Assembly: GCA_018826075.1 (NCBI GenBank)
Contig: JAHKAJ010000015.1
Coordinates: 15,091 to 79,090 of the forward strand
Source of the DNA: Candidatus Omnitrophota bacterium
GTDB taxonomy: Bacteria; Omnitrophota; Gorgyraeia; Duberdicusellales; 4484-171
Direction of reading: 5' to 3'
DNA: 64,000 nt
In this document: piece by piece, positions 29,396 through 39,885 of the stretch
How positions within the stretch are numbered: position 1 is the stretch's first letter
Layout: the number at the start of each line of letters is the position of its first letter
Made by a program: the position numbers and the translations under genes
Notes under the pieces: model-generated
Told to the model about the DNA's origin: nothing
The model's input: the letters and a program-made list of their open reading frames with translations, nothing else
Database searches by the model: none

Positions 29396-30577
29396 CTAAC
29401 CTACTTTTATTCCAACATTAAAATCTAGATCATAAAAAGCTTTTTTTAAGCTACCTTTTACATCAAAGTTTTTAAAAATATGGTTGATTCTTTTCGCTGC
29501 CTGACCATCGCCATAGGGACTAACAACCGAAGCAAGGCCCTGCTGAAACTCTTTCGAGTAAAGCTTCTCAAAAGAAGCTTTAATCTCCTCTTTTGTCGGC
29601 TCACAATCAATGATACTTTCTGCACGAATCCTTCCCTTTTGTCGATCACCAATATTTATGGTCCCAATCTTAAAACTTAAGGCCTCGATAATTCCGCTCG
29701 ATGAGTTGCCAACGACCGCATCAACCAACTGCATTGTTGACAAATACTTTAAATTTCCCAACGAGGTAAAAGCTTTGGCTTTCTGGGAATTGTTGTTCAC
29801 GTATTGGTCAATCATCTTGTTAATTACTCGACCGCCAACATCAGCGTTAGATTTAGTAAGAATAATACCGGTTTGATCTAATCCCTCTAAGACATCAAGA
29901 AGATTCTTAAACTGGCCTTCCGATGTATTGGATTCCAAAGTAACCGGATGAAAAGTAACCAGTAAGTTGTGTTTTTGAAACTTAAAATCTAAATCTTTCT
30001 CTAGCTCTTCTTTAGAAAGAAGTTTTAATCCTTTTATGTTATCTACCCCCAAGGCGCCTACATTGAATACTCTTTCCGGCGATTCTCCCAGCTGGATAAC
30101 CCTCCTTCTGTAATCCTCGGTGGAAGTAAAATGTAAATGGCTCATCTTAGTCATCGAATGCCTGAAAGCATCATCAAATGATCCTTGAGTAACTTCTCCT
30201 CCGTGAATATGAGCAATCGGGATTCGAGCTATATGTGCAGCTATGGCTGCGCTAAGAATTTCAAACCTATCCCCCAAGACAACAACGATATCAGGTTTCA
30301 ATCTGTCGTAAGCTTCAGATAATCCCGAAATCCCAAGGCTAATAGATTTTGATATACCAACAGGGGTATCGGAATTTAGGAAAATTTCTATTTTTTCATC
30401 TATGCTAAACCCATCTTGTTCTATTTCTTTATAAGTTAAGCCAAAATCCGACTCAAGATGCATTCCAGTTGCAATTAGCTGTGACTTTAAATCGCTATCG
30501 CCTACAACTTCCCTTAACAGAGGCCTAAGAAGACCGTATTCTGCTCTTGAACTAGTAATAAAACAAATCTTTTTCAT
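29396..30577 (-). CDS. Hydrolysing UDP/GDP-N-acetylhexosamine 2-epimerase (NeuC/LegG-like).
   Basis: KICFITSSRAEYGLL...VLGDRFE...HIHGGE. Confidence 0.75.
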   Translation of the reverse strand: MKKICFITSSRAEYGLLRPLLREVVGDSDLKSQLIATGMHLESDFGLTYKEIEQDGFSIDEKIEIFLNSDTPVGISKSISLGISGLSEAYDRLKPDIVVVLGDRFEILSAAIAAHIARIPIAHIHGGEVTQGSFDDAFRHSMTKMSHLHFTSTEDYRRRVIQLGESPERVFNVGALGVDNIKGLKLLSKEELEKDLDFKFQKHNLLVTFHPVTLESNTSEGQFKNLLDVLEGLDQTGIILTKSNADVGGRVINKMIDQYVNNNSQKAKAFTSLGNLKYLSTMQLVDAVVGNSSSGIIEALSFKIGTINIGDRQKGRIRAESIIDCEPTKEEIKASFEKLYSKEFQQGLASVVSPYGDGQAAKRINHIFKNFDVKGSLKKAFYDLDFNVGIKVG

Positions 30578-30591
30578 AACTACTTACAAAC

Positions 30592-32037
30592 TCAAGCCTT
30601 AGCCAGGAGCTGCTTAAACAAACGTACAAATATGGGTAACTCCTTATGGATCGACCTGATCGGATCAATCTTTACCTTCATACAATAACCTAACCACAAA
30701 TAAAATAATACTCGATATAGCCCTGAGAAAGGTAACCAACTTAAAAACTCGGCTGCCGGCCGTAAAATCGGAAAGCGGATAATAATCCCGGCTATCTTTT
30801 GTAAATTTTCAATCTTTCTTTTTTCTTCGGCTGAAGAAAAGGTAAATATTGAAACTCTTTTATTCGACTCAAGAAAATTTTCTGAATTTTTCAGATAGCC
30901 ATTTTTTATGCCATATTTCATAATGTCCGTACCGGGATAAGGATAAATCAACCCGCAAGAAGCAAATGTCGGGCGTAATTTAATATTTAAATCGATTGTC
31001 TCTAAATCAATTCTGAAAGCATCGGGGGCTGGTATACCCATAATATTAAAAGTAACTATTCTGATTCCCTGCCGATGCAATACATCTGCAGCTTTAACAA
31101 TTTGATCATTAGTTATGTTTCGCTGTAATATTTCATTAGCAACCTTTTCGTTACCGCACTCAACCCCCATCCAAACATAACTCAATCCGGCATCGCGCAA
31201 CTGAGCAATGTCCTGCTCTCGAACTAAATCTGGACGTATTTCAATTGAGAAAGGGAGAGCTATCTTTTCCTTATATCTTTTGCAAAACTCATCCAGCCAG
31301 CCTTTAGGCTTCAAAACAAAATTGCTATCACAAAAAGAAACTTGAGTTAAGGGATAATAATCACGTACTTTCTCGATTTCCTCAATCACCCGCTCTGGAG
31401 ATACGCAACGGACCACATTGCCTTTGCCTTTATAGAATTCATTAAATTGTTTATTAAAACAATAACTACACTCAAAGGGACAACCGCGTGAGGCAAAAAA
31501 AGCCTTAGATCTTAAGTTTTTCATGTTGGGATCAGCATCATAAATAATCTTTCGATCGGGCAAGGGTAGCGTGCTTAAATCAGCTTCCAGGGGCCGCAAA
31601 GGATTTTTTATAATATTACCGTTATATTTTAGGTGAAAATTGAGGGTATTCTGATAATCTCCCCCCTTCTCCAGGCTCCGACAGAACTCAGGAAAGGCCT
31701 CATCGCCTTCACCAATACAAATAGCATCAACCCCATCTTCCTTAATCACCTGCGGAAAAAACATGGCATGCGGCCCGCCGAATACGGCTAGAAAATTAAA
31801 ATTTTTCTTGAGAGTCCGATTAACTTCCAAGAGTGTCGAATGTTCACCAGTCATGGCGCTATAGCCTACTACCTGAGGTGAAAATTCCCGCATAATTTCT
31901 TCTATTGTCGTCAAACCGCTAACACTTACTACCGCTAAACGAGTTTCGTGTCCGCAGCGATTCAAGCTTGCGCTAAGAGCCATGACGCCTATACGTTCAT
32001 AAGCAATTACATCCTTGATTATAAATAGTATTTTCAT
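30592..32037 (-). CDS. B12-binding radical-SAM enzyme (class B).
   Basis: N-terminal cobalamin-binding Rossmann domain and SRGCPFECSYC (CxxxCxxC). Confidence 0.75.
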   Translation of the reverse strand: MKILFIIKDVIAYERIGVMALSASLNRCGHETRLAVVSVSGLTTIEEIMREFSPQVVGYSAMTGEHSTLLEVNRTLKKNFNFLAVFGGPHAMFFPQVIKEDGVDAICIGEGDEAFPEFCRSLEKGGDYQNTLNFHLKYNGNIIKNPLRPLEADLSTLPLPDRKIIYDADPNMKNLRSKAFFASRGCPFECSYCFNKQFNEFYKGKGNVVRCVSPERVIEEIEKVRDYYPLTQVSFCDSNFVLKPKGWLDEFCKRYKEKIALPFSIEIRPDLVREQDIAQLRDAGLSYVWMGVECGNEKVANEILQRNITNDQIVKAADVLHRQGIRIVTFNIMGIPAPDAFRIDLETIDLNIKLRPTFASCGLIYPYPGTDIMKYGIKNGYLKNSENFLESNKRVSIFTFSSAEEKRKIENLQKIAGIIIRFPILRPAAEFLSWLPFSGLYRVLFYLWLGYCMKVKIDPIRSIHKELPIFVRLFKQLLAKA

Positions 32038-32038
32038 G

Positions 32039-33022
32039 CTAAACCTCTATTGCCTCGTCAGCTTTAAAACACCTCTTGGCAACCCGGCCAATAACTCTAT
32101 CCCACTCTATCGGACTAATTCCGACGCCGGGACGTTTAGCGGTGATATTTTCTTGACTAAGGATTTCCCCTTTTTTAATTTCCCTTGAAGCAACAATACT
32201 CTTTCTAACTACTTCTCTGTTATGTAGCTCTGAGGGGGATACTCTCTTGATTCCATCACCAAGAGCATTCTTTATTTTTCTTATTGACTCTACCATTGCT
32301 TTGAGTTCGCTTGGCTCCAAAGAGGCCTGATGATCAGGTCCTTCCATGGTTCGATCGAGAGTAAAGTGCTTCTCGACCACCTCTGCTCCAAGAGCTACTG
32401 CTGCAATAGGAACTTCTATCCCCAAGGTATGGTCAGAATATCCAACTTTAACCCTTAAGGTATTCTTGATCGTTAACATTGCTAATAAATTAACGTCTTT
32501 AAAAGGTGTGGGATACTCTGTGTTGCAATGCAAAACTGTAATCTTTTCCTTGGCTGTTCCCGAAGCAACTAAAATATCTAAAGCTTTACTTATTTCTTCT
32601 AACTCGGCCATGCCGGTTGAAATTATTATTTTCTTGTTTAAGCTCCCTACTTTTCGCAAATAAGGAAGATTGGTTATTTCTCCGGAAGGTATTTTAAAAA
32701 TTTCTAAACCTAAACTTTTAAGAAAGTCTATACTTTCTAAATCAAAGGGGGTTGATAAAAATATAACTCCTTTTTCTCTGCAATAATCATTAAGCTCTAT
32801 GTGATCTTGCCGACTCAACTCTAATTTCTTTAGCATATCAAGTTGTAAAGATTGCTGACTAACCACTTTCTCAGCACTGAATGTCTGAAACTTTACTGCG
32901 TCAACGCCAGCTTCGTAAGCTAAATCTACCAGCTGTTTAGCAATCTCGATGTCGCCGTTATGATTTACGCCGACCTCAGCAATAATGAATATCCTGCTGG
33001 TATTTTTCACCATGCAGTCCAA
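32039..33022 (-). CDS. Nonulosonic acid synthase (NeuB/LegI/PseI family) with a SAF domain.
   Basis: IFIIAEVGVNHNGDIEIAKQLVDLAYEAGVDAVKFQTF; C-terminal SAF domain; 327 aa. Confidence 0.8.
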   Translation of the reverse strand: MDCMVKNTSRIFIIAEVGVNHNGDIEIAKQLVDLAYEAGVDAVKFQTFSAEKVVSQQSLQLDMLKKLELSRQDHIELNDYCREKGVIFLSTPFDLESIDFLKSLGLEIFKIPSGEITNLPYLRKVGSLNKKIIISTGMAELEEISKALDILVASGTAKEKITVLHCNTEYPTPFKDVNLLAMLTIKNTLRVKVGYSDHTLGIEVPIAAVALGAEVVEKHFTLDRTMEGPDHQASLEPSELKAMVESIRKIKNALGDGIKRVSPSELHNREVVRKSIVASREIKKGEILSQENITAKRPGVGISPIEWDRVIGRVAKRCFKADEAIEV

Positions 33023-33810
33023 CCTCCATCAACCACTATATTTTGACCGGTTACATAACTAGAAAGTTCACTGGCTAAATAAGCAACTGCCCCTTTTAAA
33101 TCCTCTTCTTTAGCCATGCGCCTCAAGGGGGTACGTTCTAGATAACGCGAAAGAAAAGGCTCTGAGTGGTCTCTAAAGACCCCTCCGGGGGTAACTGTAT
33201 TTACCCGTATCTGAGGCGCTAAGACTGTTGCCAGCCATTTAGTAAAATGGATTAAACCTCCTTTAGTAACGCTATAAGCAGCCGGATTGCCTAAGTCGGT
33301 TCCTTGATATAACCGCATATCCGGGCCGACTAAACCATAGATTGAACTTATATTGATTATTGATCCCTGTCCTGAATAAGCCAATGCTTTCTGGCAAGCT
33401 TGGACTAAAACAAAAATAGAAGTTAGGTTAACTTCCAGTGCCACGCGCCAAGCATCAGTTAGTTGATTTTCAAACGGCACAGCCCAGCCTTTTAATTCAG
33501 AGCTTCCAACTAATGCTGCACAATTTACCAGAATGTCAAGACGCCCGAACTTATCCAATACAGCTTTCGGCACCAAACGCACCTTATCTTCTTTAGCAAG
33601 ATCAACTGCTAACGGTAAAGTTTCTACATTATATTTATTGGCAACTGCTTCTGCTTCCTTATCACACTGGGCTTTATCGATATCCAATAAAACAATCTTA
33701 GCGCCTAACTCAGCTAAAGTTTCTGCCGCCGAAAACCCAATATGTCCGGCACCTCCGGTAATAAGTGCTACCCTATCTTTTAAATCCATTAGTTCTTTCA
33801 ATGATTTCAT
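33007..33810 (-). CDS. SDR-family oxidoreductase.
   Basis: VALITGGAGHIG. Confidence 0.7.
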   Translation of the reverse strand: MKSLKELMDLKDRVALITGGAGHIGFSAAETLAELGAKIVLLDIDKAQCDKEAEAVANKYNVETLPLAVDLAKEDKVRLVPKAVLDKFGRLDILVNCAALVGSSELKGWAVPFENQLTDAWRVALEVNLTSIFVLVQACQKALAYSGQGSIINISSIYGLVGPDMRLYQGTDLGNPAAYSVTKGGLIHFTKWLATVLAPQIRVNTVTPGGVFRDHSEPFLSRYLERTPLRRMAKEEDLKGAVAYLASELSSYVTGQNIVVDGGWTAW

Positions 33811-34514
33811 TTTCTACCTCTTTTATTGATTAAGCACTCAGCAATTTCAAAATCTAACATAGTATCAATATCAATTGCCCTCTCCGATGGTATTTCTACC
33901 ACTTTAACTCTTCCTTCTAGTAAAGAAGAAGCCTTAAGTATATAGGAAGCTACGGCCGCATAAGCCACAGTTGTCATGTCATAGACTACCGGCGCTTGTT
34001 GGCGTCGGCTAATATCTTTACCTGTAGGTATAGCTAATTTAGCGTAACCTTTTTCATCCAGCGTAATCATATTAAAGTAAGGATTGCGCTCAGCAACCTT
34101 AGCGGTAACTACAATATCGGTATCTCCTTGAAGTAACAGCTCTATACAAGAAGTAACGTCTCTTTCGCTACGCAAAGGTGATGTTACTGGAACGCTTACT
34201 GATATATCAACTTTATGACCAAGCTCTTTTTCAACTGCCCCGATTGAATGCTTCCAGGCAAATAACTCCGGGGAATCGTCTCTGGCAAATTCAGCTGGAC
34301 GGATAAAAGGAATTTCCGCACCATACTTACGAGCAACGTCGGCTATTTCCTCGCTATCAGTAGAAACAATTAACCTATCTATCAAAGAAACTTTTTTGGC
34401 TGTTTCAATAGCGTAAGCGATTAGCGGCTTACCGGCTAACTCTTTAATGTTTTTACCAGGTAGACCTTTTGAGCCTCCGCGGGCAAAGATCACACCCAGT
34501 ATGTACGGTTTCAT
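33807..34514 (-). CDS. CMP-nonulosonate synthetase (NeuA-like cytidylyltransferase).
   Basis: LGVIFARGGSKGLPGKNIKELAGKPLIAYAIE. Confidence 0.7.
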   Translation of the reverse strand: MKPYILGVIFARGGSKGLPGKNIKELAGKPLIAYAIETAKKVSLIDRLIVSTDSEEIADVARKYGAEIPFIRPAEFARDDSPELFAWKHSIGAVEKELGHKVDISVSVPVTSPLRSERDVTSCIELLLQGDTDIVVTAKVAERNPYFNMITLDEKGYAKLAIPTGKDISRRQQAPVVYDMTTVAYAAVASYILKASSLLEGRVKVVEIPSERAIDIDTMLDFEIAECLINKRGRK

Positions 34515-35509
34515 AATGAAACTCTTTCCTTTGTTTTTGCTGAAGCTTTCAGTGTATTTACTAAACGAATAACTTCTTTGGCCTCTTCTAGAGAAACAGT
34601 TGGCTTAGAGCCAGAAGCAAGGCAATTAAAAAAGTGCTCTAATTCGGCCTTGTACATTTCGCTTGAACCAGCTTCTCTTACAGCAAGCAGCTCCTGCCAG
34701 CTGCCAGTTTCTGAAGAGAAAAATCTCACACTGCCGCCATCAAATGAATCCCAGAGAAGCGTTCCCTTAACCCCAACTATACGACAGTAACGATTTGCCG
34801 CATGATCGATCATATCAAGATGGACGCTGCCGAAAGCACCACTCTTAAACTTCAAAGATATCTCAACAAGATCTTCAACATCAATTTCTAAATCACTTAC
34901 CTTACCTAAAAAAGCATGTATATCGGTTACTTCTCCAATAAGCCAAGATACATAATCTAATTCATGACTTAATTCAAAACAGGCGCCGCCGCCTAAGTCT
35001 GCCCTGGCGCTAACTGTATCCTGATATCTCTGGCTAGGCCGCCAATTCAATAAATTCTGCCCGGCTGAAACTCTAATTGATAACACCTTACCTATAAGGT
35101 TGTCCCCTAAGGCTTTTTTTATTGTCTGGAGCGCTTTAGAAAATCTTAATACATAGCCAACCATGACTATAAGCCTGCGCTTATTTACTTCTTCAATTAA
35201 TTCCTGCAAACCCTCTTCATTAACTGACAATGGTTTTTCAATAAACAGGTGGCTATTACCCTTGGCAAAGATTAAAGCTGTATCTATATGCCTGGTAGCA
35301 GGATTAGTTATAAAAGTAATCTGCGGCATCCATTGCAAGGCATCTTCTTTCGAAAAAAAGACTTTATCCACCAAAGATTCCAATTCACCCAGCTGGGCTT
35401 CTTTGGAAAACTGCCTCCAGACCGCTATTTGAATACCAGAGTCAATACTCTTTATATTCTTAATATGCCTGCGGGCAATACTACCCAATCCAACAACTAA
35501 AATCTTCAT
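34511..35509 (-). CDS. Gfo/Idh/MocA oxidoreductase.
   Basis: KILVVGLGSIARRH Rossmann motif. Confidence 0.65.
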   Translation of the reverse strand: MKILVVGLGSIARRHIKNIKSIDSGIQIAVWRQFSKEAQLGELESLVDKVFFSKEDALQWMPQITFITNPATRHIDTALIFAKGNSHLFIEKPLSVNEEGLQELIEEVNKRRLIVMVGYVLRFSKALQTIKKALGDNLIGKVLSIRVSAGQNLLNWRPSQRYQDTVSARADLGGGACFELSHELDYVSWLIGEVTDIHAFLGKVSDLEIDVEDLVEISLKFKSGAFGSVHLDMIDHAANRYCRIVGVKGTLLWDSFDGGSVRFFSSETGSWQELLAVREAGSSEMYKAELEHFFNCLASGSKPTVSLEEAKEVIRLVNTLKASAKTKERVSL

Positions 35510-36498
35510 ATCGTTTTCGTCTGGCTATTAATAGCTTCTCTTTTATCGGAAACATTAGAGGACATCTGTTCTGCTAAAGCCATAGTTTTATATGCTCCTT
35601 CCAAATCAAGCATCGGCCATTGACTAACTCGATTACGCACTAACTTTATAAATGCTTGCATCTGCCTAAAAAATCCCGGCTTATACGCGCGGTCAACCTC
35701 ATCAGGCTCAATATCATGTATTACAAAATTCTTATCAGTCCATCTGCCGGCTTCTAAAGGTTTGTACTCAACTGTAACTCCGTACCCATAAAGAACAACG
35801 CTCCAACCACCAGGAGAATACCAATATGCACTGTAGTGGCCTATAGCTCCTGAGTTAAGTTCCATTTGTACGGAAAATTGATCACCGCGCGGCTCTATAT
35901 ATTTATGAGCTAGAGAACTGATTGACTCTGGCTCACCGCCAAAAAATCTTAATAAATCAATCGTATGGGTACTATTTGAAAAAATCCAATGATAGCGATC
36001 TTTTTCCGATAGCCGGGCTGCTCTTAACCACATACGTTCATGGCCTTGAATTTCTACACCTAAAAGCGGGCCGTGGGCGCGTATTATTTCTAAACCTTTA
36101 GCAAATATAGAGTAAAACCGGCGATTAAATCCAACCATGTTAGGAACCGAATGTTCTTTGGCTAAGGCAGCTAATTTCTTTGTATCAGATGGGGTCAAGC
36201 CCGGTGGCTTCTCTATAAATAATGGTAAACCATAAGGGATAGCTTTCGAAGTCACCTCATAAATCTGATCAGCAGAAACAAGCACCATCAAAGCATCGAG
36301 TTGAGCTTCTTTTATAAGTGAATCGAGACTATCAACACAAATAGCAATTCCATATTCACTCGCTAGATTTTCTGCTTTTTTCCGGGTACGAGAAGTTATC
36401 GCTACAGCTTCAATATCATCGATGTCTTTAATCACATCAAGGTGCTTTCTGGTAATTGAACCGGCGCCGATCAATCCTACTTTTATTTTTTTCATCAT
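35506..36498 (-). CDS. Gfo/Idh/MocA oxidoreductase.
   Basis: KVGLIGAGSITRKH. Confidence 0.7.
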   Translation of the reverse strand: MMKKIKVGLIGAGSITRKHLDVIKDIDDIEAVAITSRTRKKAENLASEYGIAICVDSLDSLIKEAQLDALMVLVSADQIYEVTSKAIPYGLPLFIEKPPGLTPSDTKKLAALAKEHSVPNMVGFNRRFYSIFAKGLEIIRAHGPLLGVEIQGHERMWLRAARLSEKDRYHWIFSNSTHTIDLLRFFGGEPESISSLAHKYIEPRGDQFSVQMELNSGAIGHYSAYWYSPGGWSVVLYGYGVTVEYKPLEAGRWTDKNFVIHDIEPDEVDRAYKPGFFRQMQAFIKLVRNRVSQWPMLDLEGAYKTMALAEQMSSNVSDKREAINSQTKTI

Positions 36499-36507
36499 CT
36501 TATCTCT

Positions 36508-37497
36508 TTAGGTAACTGGACAATAATTATCTTCTTTTTTTAACAAACGATTAAAATGCACAAGCAACTCTCCAAGAATAAACTCATGACTCAAAAAACA
36601 CTGCGACAGTGTAGGCAATTGGCAGTTGTCTTTAGCTAATATATCGGCAACAAATGTTTTACTCATATGGCTTACATTCCAATCTTCATCTATGGCAATA
36701 TTGTGCCATTGCCAATCTGATGAAAGATGACTTTCATAGGCAAATTTTTGAAAATGATCAATAATAAACCTGCAGTTTGGCGTATGAATAGTAGTGTGGT
36801 CAGGACTCTTGTTGTCACCGGCAAATGAAATCATGAATTTGCTTCCTTTGTCAGAATAACCGCAGATACTTCCGCTTAGATCACAAACTTGCGGCCCACG
36901 CTTTGAAGAATGAACTATTGGGTCTATCTGGGAACCGAAACTCTTAAGCTGTTTCGACTCATCAAAAAATACAAATAAATCAACTACATGGACACCTATA
37001 TTAGCTAAGCCGTGATTGCCTCCGATTACACTAAACAACAACGGTTCATTCACATTTAGGCACGATTTAATATACTCATGAATAGCATAAGCCCGACTCT
37101 TACAGTTAACCCAAACTAAAAGGTCATTAATCTTACAAAATGTCATTAAATCCTGATAATCTTCTACTGATTGTGACACTATCTTTTCTATTAAAAACTT
37201 TTTATAGCCAAGCTTGCTAGCAGCCTGCTTAACCATATCGCAGCGAATATCAGCCTGGGTTGCGACAATGCAAAGATCACCGTTAGCTGACTCATCATTT
37301 AACTCACTAAACCAACTAAACTTTATTGCCTTGTTTAAATCTGATAACTCTTGCAAGCGCAATTTGCCGACTTCAGCTGCCTTAGGATTAGAGTCAACAA
37401 CATGGACTTCGCCAACCGCACCAAGATAAGCTACTGCCTGCAGGTGCCGACTGCCGAGTGCTCCACAACCAATAATAAGAACTTTATATTGCTTCAT
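36508..37497 (-). CDS. Gfo/Idh/MocA-like oxidoreductase.
   Basis: KVLIIGCGALGSRH. The start is refined to the ATG at 37495..37497, which forms an ATGA overlap with the upstream stop; the track's start is a TTG. Confidence 0.55.
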   Translation of the reverse strand: MKQYKVLIIGCGALGSRHLQAVAYLGAVGEVHVVDSNPKAAEVGKLRLQELSDLNKAIKFSWFSELNDESANGDLCIVATQADIRCDMVKQAASKLGYKKFLIEKIVSQSVEDYQDLMTFCKINDLLVWVNCKSRAYAIHEYIKSCLNVNEPLLFSVIGGNHGLANIGVHVVDLFVFFDESKQLKSFGSQIDPIVHSSKRGPQVCDLSGSICGYSDKGSKFMISFAGDNKSPDHTTIHTPNCRFIIDHFQKFAYESHLSSDWQWHNIAIDEDWNVSHMSKTFVADILAKDNCQLPTLSQCFLSHEFILGELLVHFNRLLKKEDNYCPVT

Positions 37498-38306
37498 TGT
37501 ATTTTCTGCTGGCCGGTCGGCACCCCCCAAAACTCACAACCATTACACAAGGCCACTTCTTTTCTTCTTCCTTCTATATGTTTCTTTAACCATTGCCCTC
37601 TCTGAGAACCATTCCAAATATCTGCTAAAGCTGTTGAGTTGCAATCTCCAATAATACCTAAACCTTTAGGATCAAACCTTACACATATAGAAACTTTTCC
37701 ATCTCTGCGGATAACCATATGATTAAGAAAGTCTAAGCAAACTCCTATCTCAGGTATAGTTGGATTCTTTTTATAGCTAAAACTACCCATAGGAGAATGC
37801 AGTATGCGAGTCGCGACTATACATCCTAAATCCTTATACCGGGTTAAATCCATCTCGCCTAAACAACGTATTATGACATTAGGCTTTCTTGGTCCTTTGA
37901 TTTTTAGAAATTCTTTAATCAACTTATATTGTTCTTCTTGATCTTTATCCTTCTCAAATGTTGAAATAGTCAAAGTATCTAAATTATCAATAATTTCATT
38001 GGCTTTTTCGACTATTAATTTGCCGTTAGTATCCATGCATCTAATTTGCCGAGTAAACAAGCTCGCTGCTTCTTTAAATCTAGGATAAAGAAGCGGCTCG
38101 CCATTATTATGAAGTTGAACCACAATTGAATCCGGTAATTGCTTGGCAATTGATTCAACCAGTTCGAACTCCATATCGCCATAGTTAAGGGCGATCTCTG
38201 GATAATCCCGATCAACCTTTCTGCGTCCGCACATCCAACAATCTTTGTTGCAGCGATTGGTTAACTCTATATTTACAGTCGTCAAATTATTAAAACATTT
38301 ATCCAT
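37494..38306 (-). CDS. Small radical-SAM enzyme with a C-terminal Cys-rich (twitch/SPASM-like) region.
   Basis: TNRCNKDCWMCGRR (CxxxCxxC) and C-terminal ...CNGCEFWG. Confidence 0.65.
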   Translation of the reverse strand: MDKCFNNLTTVNIELTNRCNKDCWMCGRRKVDRDYPEIALNYGDMEFELVESIAKQLPDSIVVQLHNNGEPLLYPRFKEAASLFTRQIRCMDTNGKLIVEKANEIIDNLDTLTISTFEKDKDQEEQYKLIKEFLKIKGPRKPNVIIRCLGEMDLTRYKDLGCIVATRILHSPMGSFSYKKNPTIPEIGVCLDFLNHMVIRRDGKVSICVRFDPKGLGIIGDCNSTALADIWNGSQRGQWLKKHIEGRRKEVALCNGCEFWGVPTGQQKIQ

Positions 38307-38317
38307 TTTCTATATCT

Positions 38318-39178
38318 TTACAGCGATAGGCTCATGATAATCGTGTCGCACTTACCCAAGATTCTTAAATGAGATTCATAAGCCTGGTTAAGCTCTTTTG
38401 AATCAAGAAATTTCCACTGATTATGACCATCGGGTTTACCTTTTGCCAGCCAAAATAGATGGTTAGCTAAAGAATACCTTTGAATCTGCTTTATGTAATT
38501 TACTTTTAAATTTGCTTGCGAAGCTAATTCTTTTAAAGTTTTAATCGTAAACAAAAACAAATGACAACTCCAATAAGTAAAGTCAGAAAAGGCTTCAGAA
38601 TTATAAATTGTCAGTAAAGCATCATCAGCATTAGGCACTTCAATAATAAGCTCTCCCTTACTTTTTAATAATTTACTTAATTCGATTAAAGTTGACTTTG
38701 GATCGGGCAAATGTTCCAAAGTATGAAAAAGAGTAATTAGATCAAATTTATCCTTGGCCGGAACTTCAGGCACAGAGCGATATACTGTTAAATTTAGCTC
38801 TCGGAAACGTTCGACTAAGCGCACCTCCGGCTCAATACCGCAAACCTGGTTGGCTAAACTAGAAGCTTTGACCAGAAAATTACCGCTACCACAACCAAAA
38901 TCAAGCAAAGAACTTTGAGGCAAAACGCTCTTAAGCTCCTGGAAACGGCGCTCGTCATCGGCCTCTGTCTTTTTAATCCAATCTTCGATATTTATAGTTT
39001 GCTCAGTATGCATATTTGAATTTTCATAAAAATCATCTTTAATATGATCAAATGATGATAAGAAAACTAAGTTACAAGAAGCGCATTCTAGTACTTTCAA
39101 CTGGGGATCATCCCGAACCTTGGCTGATCTCTCTCGATAGGTTCGGCCCTTACATAGATAACATTCTTTCTTGGTCAT
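38318..39178 (-). CDS. Class I SAM methyltransferase with an N-terminal Zn ribbon.
   Basis: CYLCKG...CASCNLVF and LLDFGCGSGNFL. Confidence 0.7.
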   Translation of the reverse strand: MTKKECYLCKGRTYRERSAKVRDDPQLKVLECASCNLVFLSSFDHIKDDFYENSNMHTEQTINIEDWIKKTEADDERRFQELKSVLPQSSLLDFGCGSGNFLVKASSLANQVCGIEPEVRLVERFRELNLTVYRSVPEVPAKDKFDLITLFHTLEHLPDPKSTLIELSKLLKSKGELIIEVPNADDALLTIYNSEAFSDFTYWSCHLFLFTIKTLKELASQANLKVNYIKQIQRYSLANHLFWLAKGKPDGHNQWKFLDSKELNQAYESHLRILGKCDTIIMSLSL

Positions 39179-39180
39179 AA

Positions 39181-39885
39181 TTAACTATTTTTGCCTTCTC
39201 TGGGTTTAACAGCACTAGAAAGCAACATAACTTCCTTGGAAAATCTTACCCATTTACTATGAGAACTTAGTCCTTTAGGGGTAATTAAAGCTATCAGTCC
39301 GGACAAAAGATTTAGCCAGGGCAACTTCCACAACAAAGGCAGCTGTCTAAATTTCTCGGCTTTAACCTGACTAAAACCGTTAATCTTAAAAATATCTTCT
39401 AAAGATTTGACTGTAAAAGGGGTCCGATGTGTATAATCTTCATAAAACATCTTGTAAACAGACTGCCAATCCGGTGTCATGGTAATAACTAAACCGCCGG
39501 GATTCAAAACTCGATAAATTTCCTGCACTAGCTTTTCAGGATAATAAAAATGTTCTAAAACTGATTTTGAAAAAATTACATCAAAACTGCTATCTTTATA
39601 CGGCAAAGGTTCATTTTCCAAATCTGATTGTAAAATTTCTGATTTCGAACAAAGATCTTTTGCCGCCAAAGATTCATCAACGCCATAGCCTTTTAATCCA
39701 CAGCGCACAAATCCTCTTAAAAACTCCCCGCGACCACAACCTAAATCAAGTATTTTCTGGCCAGCCGATAGCTGGTATCTTTTAACAAGATACTCAGTAA
39801 GCAAATCGGGATATTGAGTGAGTGGTTTTTCCTTTTGGTCATAGATTACCGAAACATAGTCTCTTTTATTGACTTCTTTAGACAT
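39181..39885 (-). CDS. Class I SAM methyltransferase.
   Basis: ILDLGCGRGEFL. The start is refined to the ATG at 39883..39885, which is GGAGG-preceded and overlaps the upstream stop. Confidence 0.7.
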   Translation of the reverse strand: MSKEVNKRDYVSVIYDQKEKPLTQYPDLLTEYLVKRYQLSAGQKILDLGCGRGEFLRGFVRCGLKGYGVDESLAAKDLCSKSEILQSDLENEPLPYKDSSFDVIFSKSVLEHFYYPEKLVQEIYRVLNPGGLVITMTPDWQSVYKMFYEDYTHRTPFTVKSLEDIFKINGFSQVKAEKFRQLPLLWKLPWLNLLSGLIALITPKGLSSHSKWVRFSKEVMLLSSAVKPREGKNS

